Shown: piece by piece, positions 62,681 to 64,000 of the stretch
Layout: every line of letters begins with the position of its first letter
How positions within the stretch are numbered: position 1 is the stretch's first letter
Program-made: the position numbers and the translations under genes
From: an uncultured Aquimarina sp.
GTDB taxonomy: Bacteria > Bacteroidota > Bacteroidia > Flavobacteriales > Flavobacteriaceae
Reading direction: 5' to 3'
DNA length: 64,000 nucleotides
Assembly: GCA_947498775.1 (NCBI GenBank)
Contig: CANMLL010000009.1
Span: 90,981 to 154,980, forward strand
Notes under the pieces: model-generated
Database searches by the model: none
What the model saw: only the letters and a program-made list of their open reading frames with translations
Told to the model about the DNA's origin: nothing

Positions 62681-64000
62681 TTATAGCTTTTCAATAGCGC
62701 TTTCTATCCTTTTAATAGTTTCTTTTTTACCAATCATAGACGCTATAAAAAATACATCTGGCCCTTGCAAAGAACCAACCAAGGCAGTTCGTAAAGGCAT
62801 CATTATTTTGCCAAACCCAATTTCTTTGCCGGTGATCCAACCCTTTACAATACTTGAAACGTTGTCTTCAGAAAAATCAATAATGTCGTCGAGTATTCTT
62901 TCGAGTTCGTGCATTAAAGTTGGGGTGTCCTCTTTCCAGGCTTTTTTTGTTGCTTTTTGATCGTATGTATTGGGAGCGATAAAAAAGAAGTTGGTTAGAC
63001 CCCAAAGGTCTTCAATAAAAACAGCTCGTTCTTTAACGGTATCAATAATATGAGATACATCAAGTGTTGTTGATATGTTCTTTTCTGCAAGGATGCTTAA
63101 AAATTCTTTAGACAAAAAAGAAGTATCGGTACGTTGCAAATGTTGTTGCTGAAACCATTTGGTCTTTTCGGGGTCAAACTTAGCACCTGCTTTATTGACT
63201 CTTTTAAGGTCAAATTCTTGTATAAGTTCGTGAAGAGAGAACAACTCTTGCTCTGTTCCTGGGTTCCAACCTAAAAAGGCAAGCATGTTAATCACTGCCC
63301 GAGGTAGATAACCGTCTTCTCGATAACCAGATGAAATTTCGTTTGTTTTAGGATCATTCCATTGTAGCGGAAAAACAGGGAACCCCATTTTATCTCCATC
63401 GCGTTTGCTTAGTTTTCCCTTTCCTATTGGTTTTAATATTAAAGGTAAATGGGCAAATATTGGAGCTTCCCAACCTAAAGAACGATATAGCAAAACATGT
63501 AAAGCTAAAGAAGGTAACCATTCTTCACCGCGAATTACATGCGTGATTTCCATTAAATGATCATCAACAATATTGGCAAGATGGTAGGTGGGCATACCAT
63601 CACTTTTGAACAATATCTTATCGTCAAGAACGTTGGTGTCGATTTTTATATCTCCGCGTATCACATCAGATAAATGTAAGGTTTCGTTCTGTGGAGATTT
63701 AAACCTAATTACATATGGATCACCAGATGCAATTTTTTCTTGCACATCTTTTGGGGACAATGACAAGGAGTTGGTTAATTTTTCTCTGTTGTGCCAATTA
63801 TAAATAAATGTTTTTCCGTTGGCCTCATGATCTTTTCTGTGTCCATCAAGATCCTCTTCGGTATCAAAAGCATAATAAGCAAAACCATTATGTATCAATT
63901 GATCCGCGTATTGTTTGTACAAATGTTTACGTTCACTTTGGCGATAGGGTCCGAAACCACCATCTTTACCAGGTCCTTCGTCAAAGGGAATGGTACACCA
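62681..64000 (-). CDS. gltX: glutamate--tRNA ligase (5' end lies beyond the window)
   Basis: KLSKRDG (KMSKS-type) motif. The frame stays open to the window edge (...WCTIPFDEGPGKDGGFGPYRQSERKHLYKQYA...). The track start at 63922 is an internal TTG. Confidence 0.9.
   Translation of the reverse strand, partial: WCTIPFDEGPGKDGGFGPYRQSERKHLYKQYADQLIHNGFAYYAFDTEEDLDGHRKDHEANGKTFIYNWHNREKLTNSLSLSPKDVQEKIASGDPYVIRFKSPQNETLHLSDVIRGDIKIDTNVLDDKILFKSDGMPTYHLANIVDDHLMEITHVIRGEEWLPSLALHVLLYRSLGWEAPIFAHLPLILKPIGKGKLSKRDGDKMGFPVFPLQWNDPKTNEISSGYREDGYLPRAVINMLAFLGWNPGTEQELFSLHELIQEFDLKRVNKAGAKFDPEKTKWFQQQHLQRTDTSFLSKEFLSILAEKNISTTLDVSHIIDTVKERAVFIEDLWGLTNFFFIAPNTYDQKATKKAWKEDTPTLMHELERILDDIIDFSEDNVSSIVKGWITGKEIGFGKIMMPLRTALVGSLQGPDVFFIASMIGKKETIKRIESAIEKL

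Noticed and set aside
1-64000. CRISPR arrays, rRNA genes, transposases, integrases, prophage blocks and riboswitches
   Set aside because: I scanned the intergenic regions for regularly spaced repeats and for GC-rich structured RNAs, and scanned the ORFs for DDE, tyrosine-recombinase or phage hallmarks. None was found. The only direct repeats are the 44-bp duplication, the intragenic module duplication and the two-copy dispersed element.

Overview
This is an AT-rich chromosomal segment (roughly one-third G+C by eye) that reads like a Flavobacteriia (Bacteroidota) genome. Supporting signs are a T9SS C-terminal sorting domain, a CarboxypepD_reg-type TonB-dependent receptor, many lipobox lipoproteins, TAnnTTTG-type -7 boxes and no obvious Shine-Dalgarno sites. 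I support about 70 protein genes, one tRNA (Cys-GCA), two to three pseudogenes, several strong hairpin terminators and a few small repeat elements. The backbone is housekeeping: brnQ, thiL, a mosaic suf Fe-S cluster (sufA-B-C-D, then sufS, sufE, DUF59), hflX, rnpA, S41/M1/S8 peptidases, a CPA1 antiporter, rpiB, rnr, folB, glnS and partial gltX. The accessory content is more interesting. (1) A split HipA-like kinase module has the kinase gene first, a HipS-like N-subdomain gene second, and no HipB. (2) A RES-Xre toxin-antitoxin pair has an inverted repeat just before its start codon. (3) A decayed hicA sits next to an intact hicB. (4) A roughly 1540-aa T9SS-secreted ExeM/NucH-like nuclease carries four lamin-tail-like modules. 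It occurs with two further EEP nucleases and a TonB receptor + DUF5689-like lipoprotein pair, which suggests extracellular-DNA scavenging. (5) A PLAT-like lipoprotein is present. (6) A four-helix-bundle (23S rRNA IVS-type) gene lies inside the suf operon, bracketed by GTTTC/GAAAC arrays. (7) There are dispersed and nested-hairpin intergenic elements and a perfect 44-bp tandem duplication. I saw no rRNA, CRISPR array, transposase or integrase. All family names come from motif recognition by eye; no database or HMM search was run.
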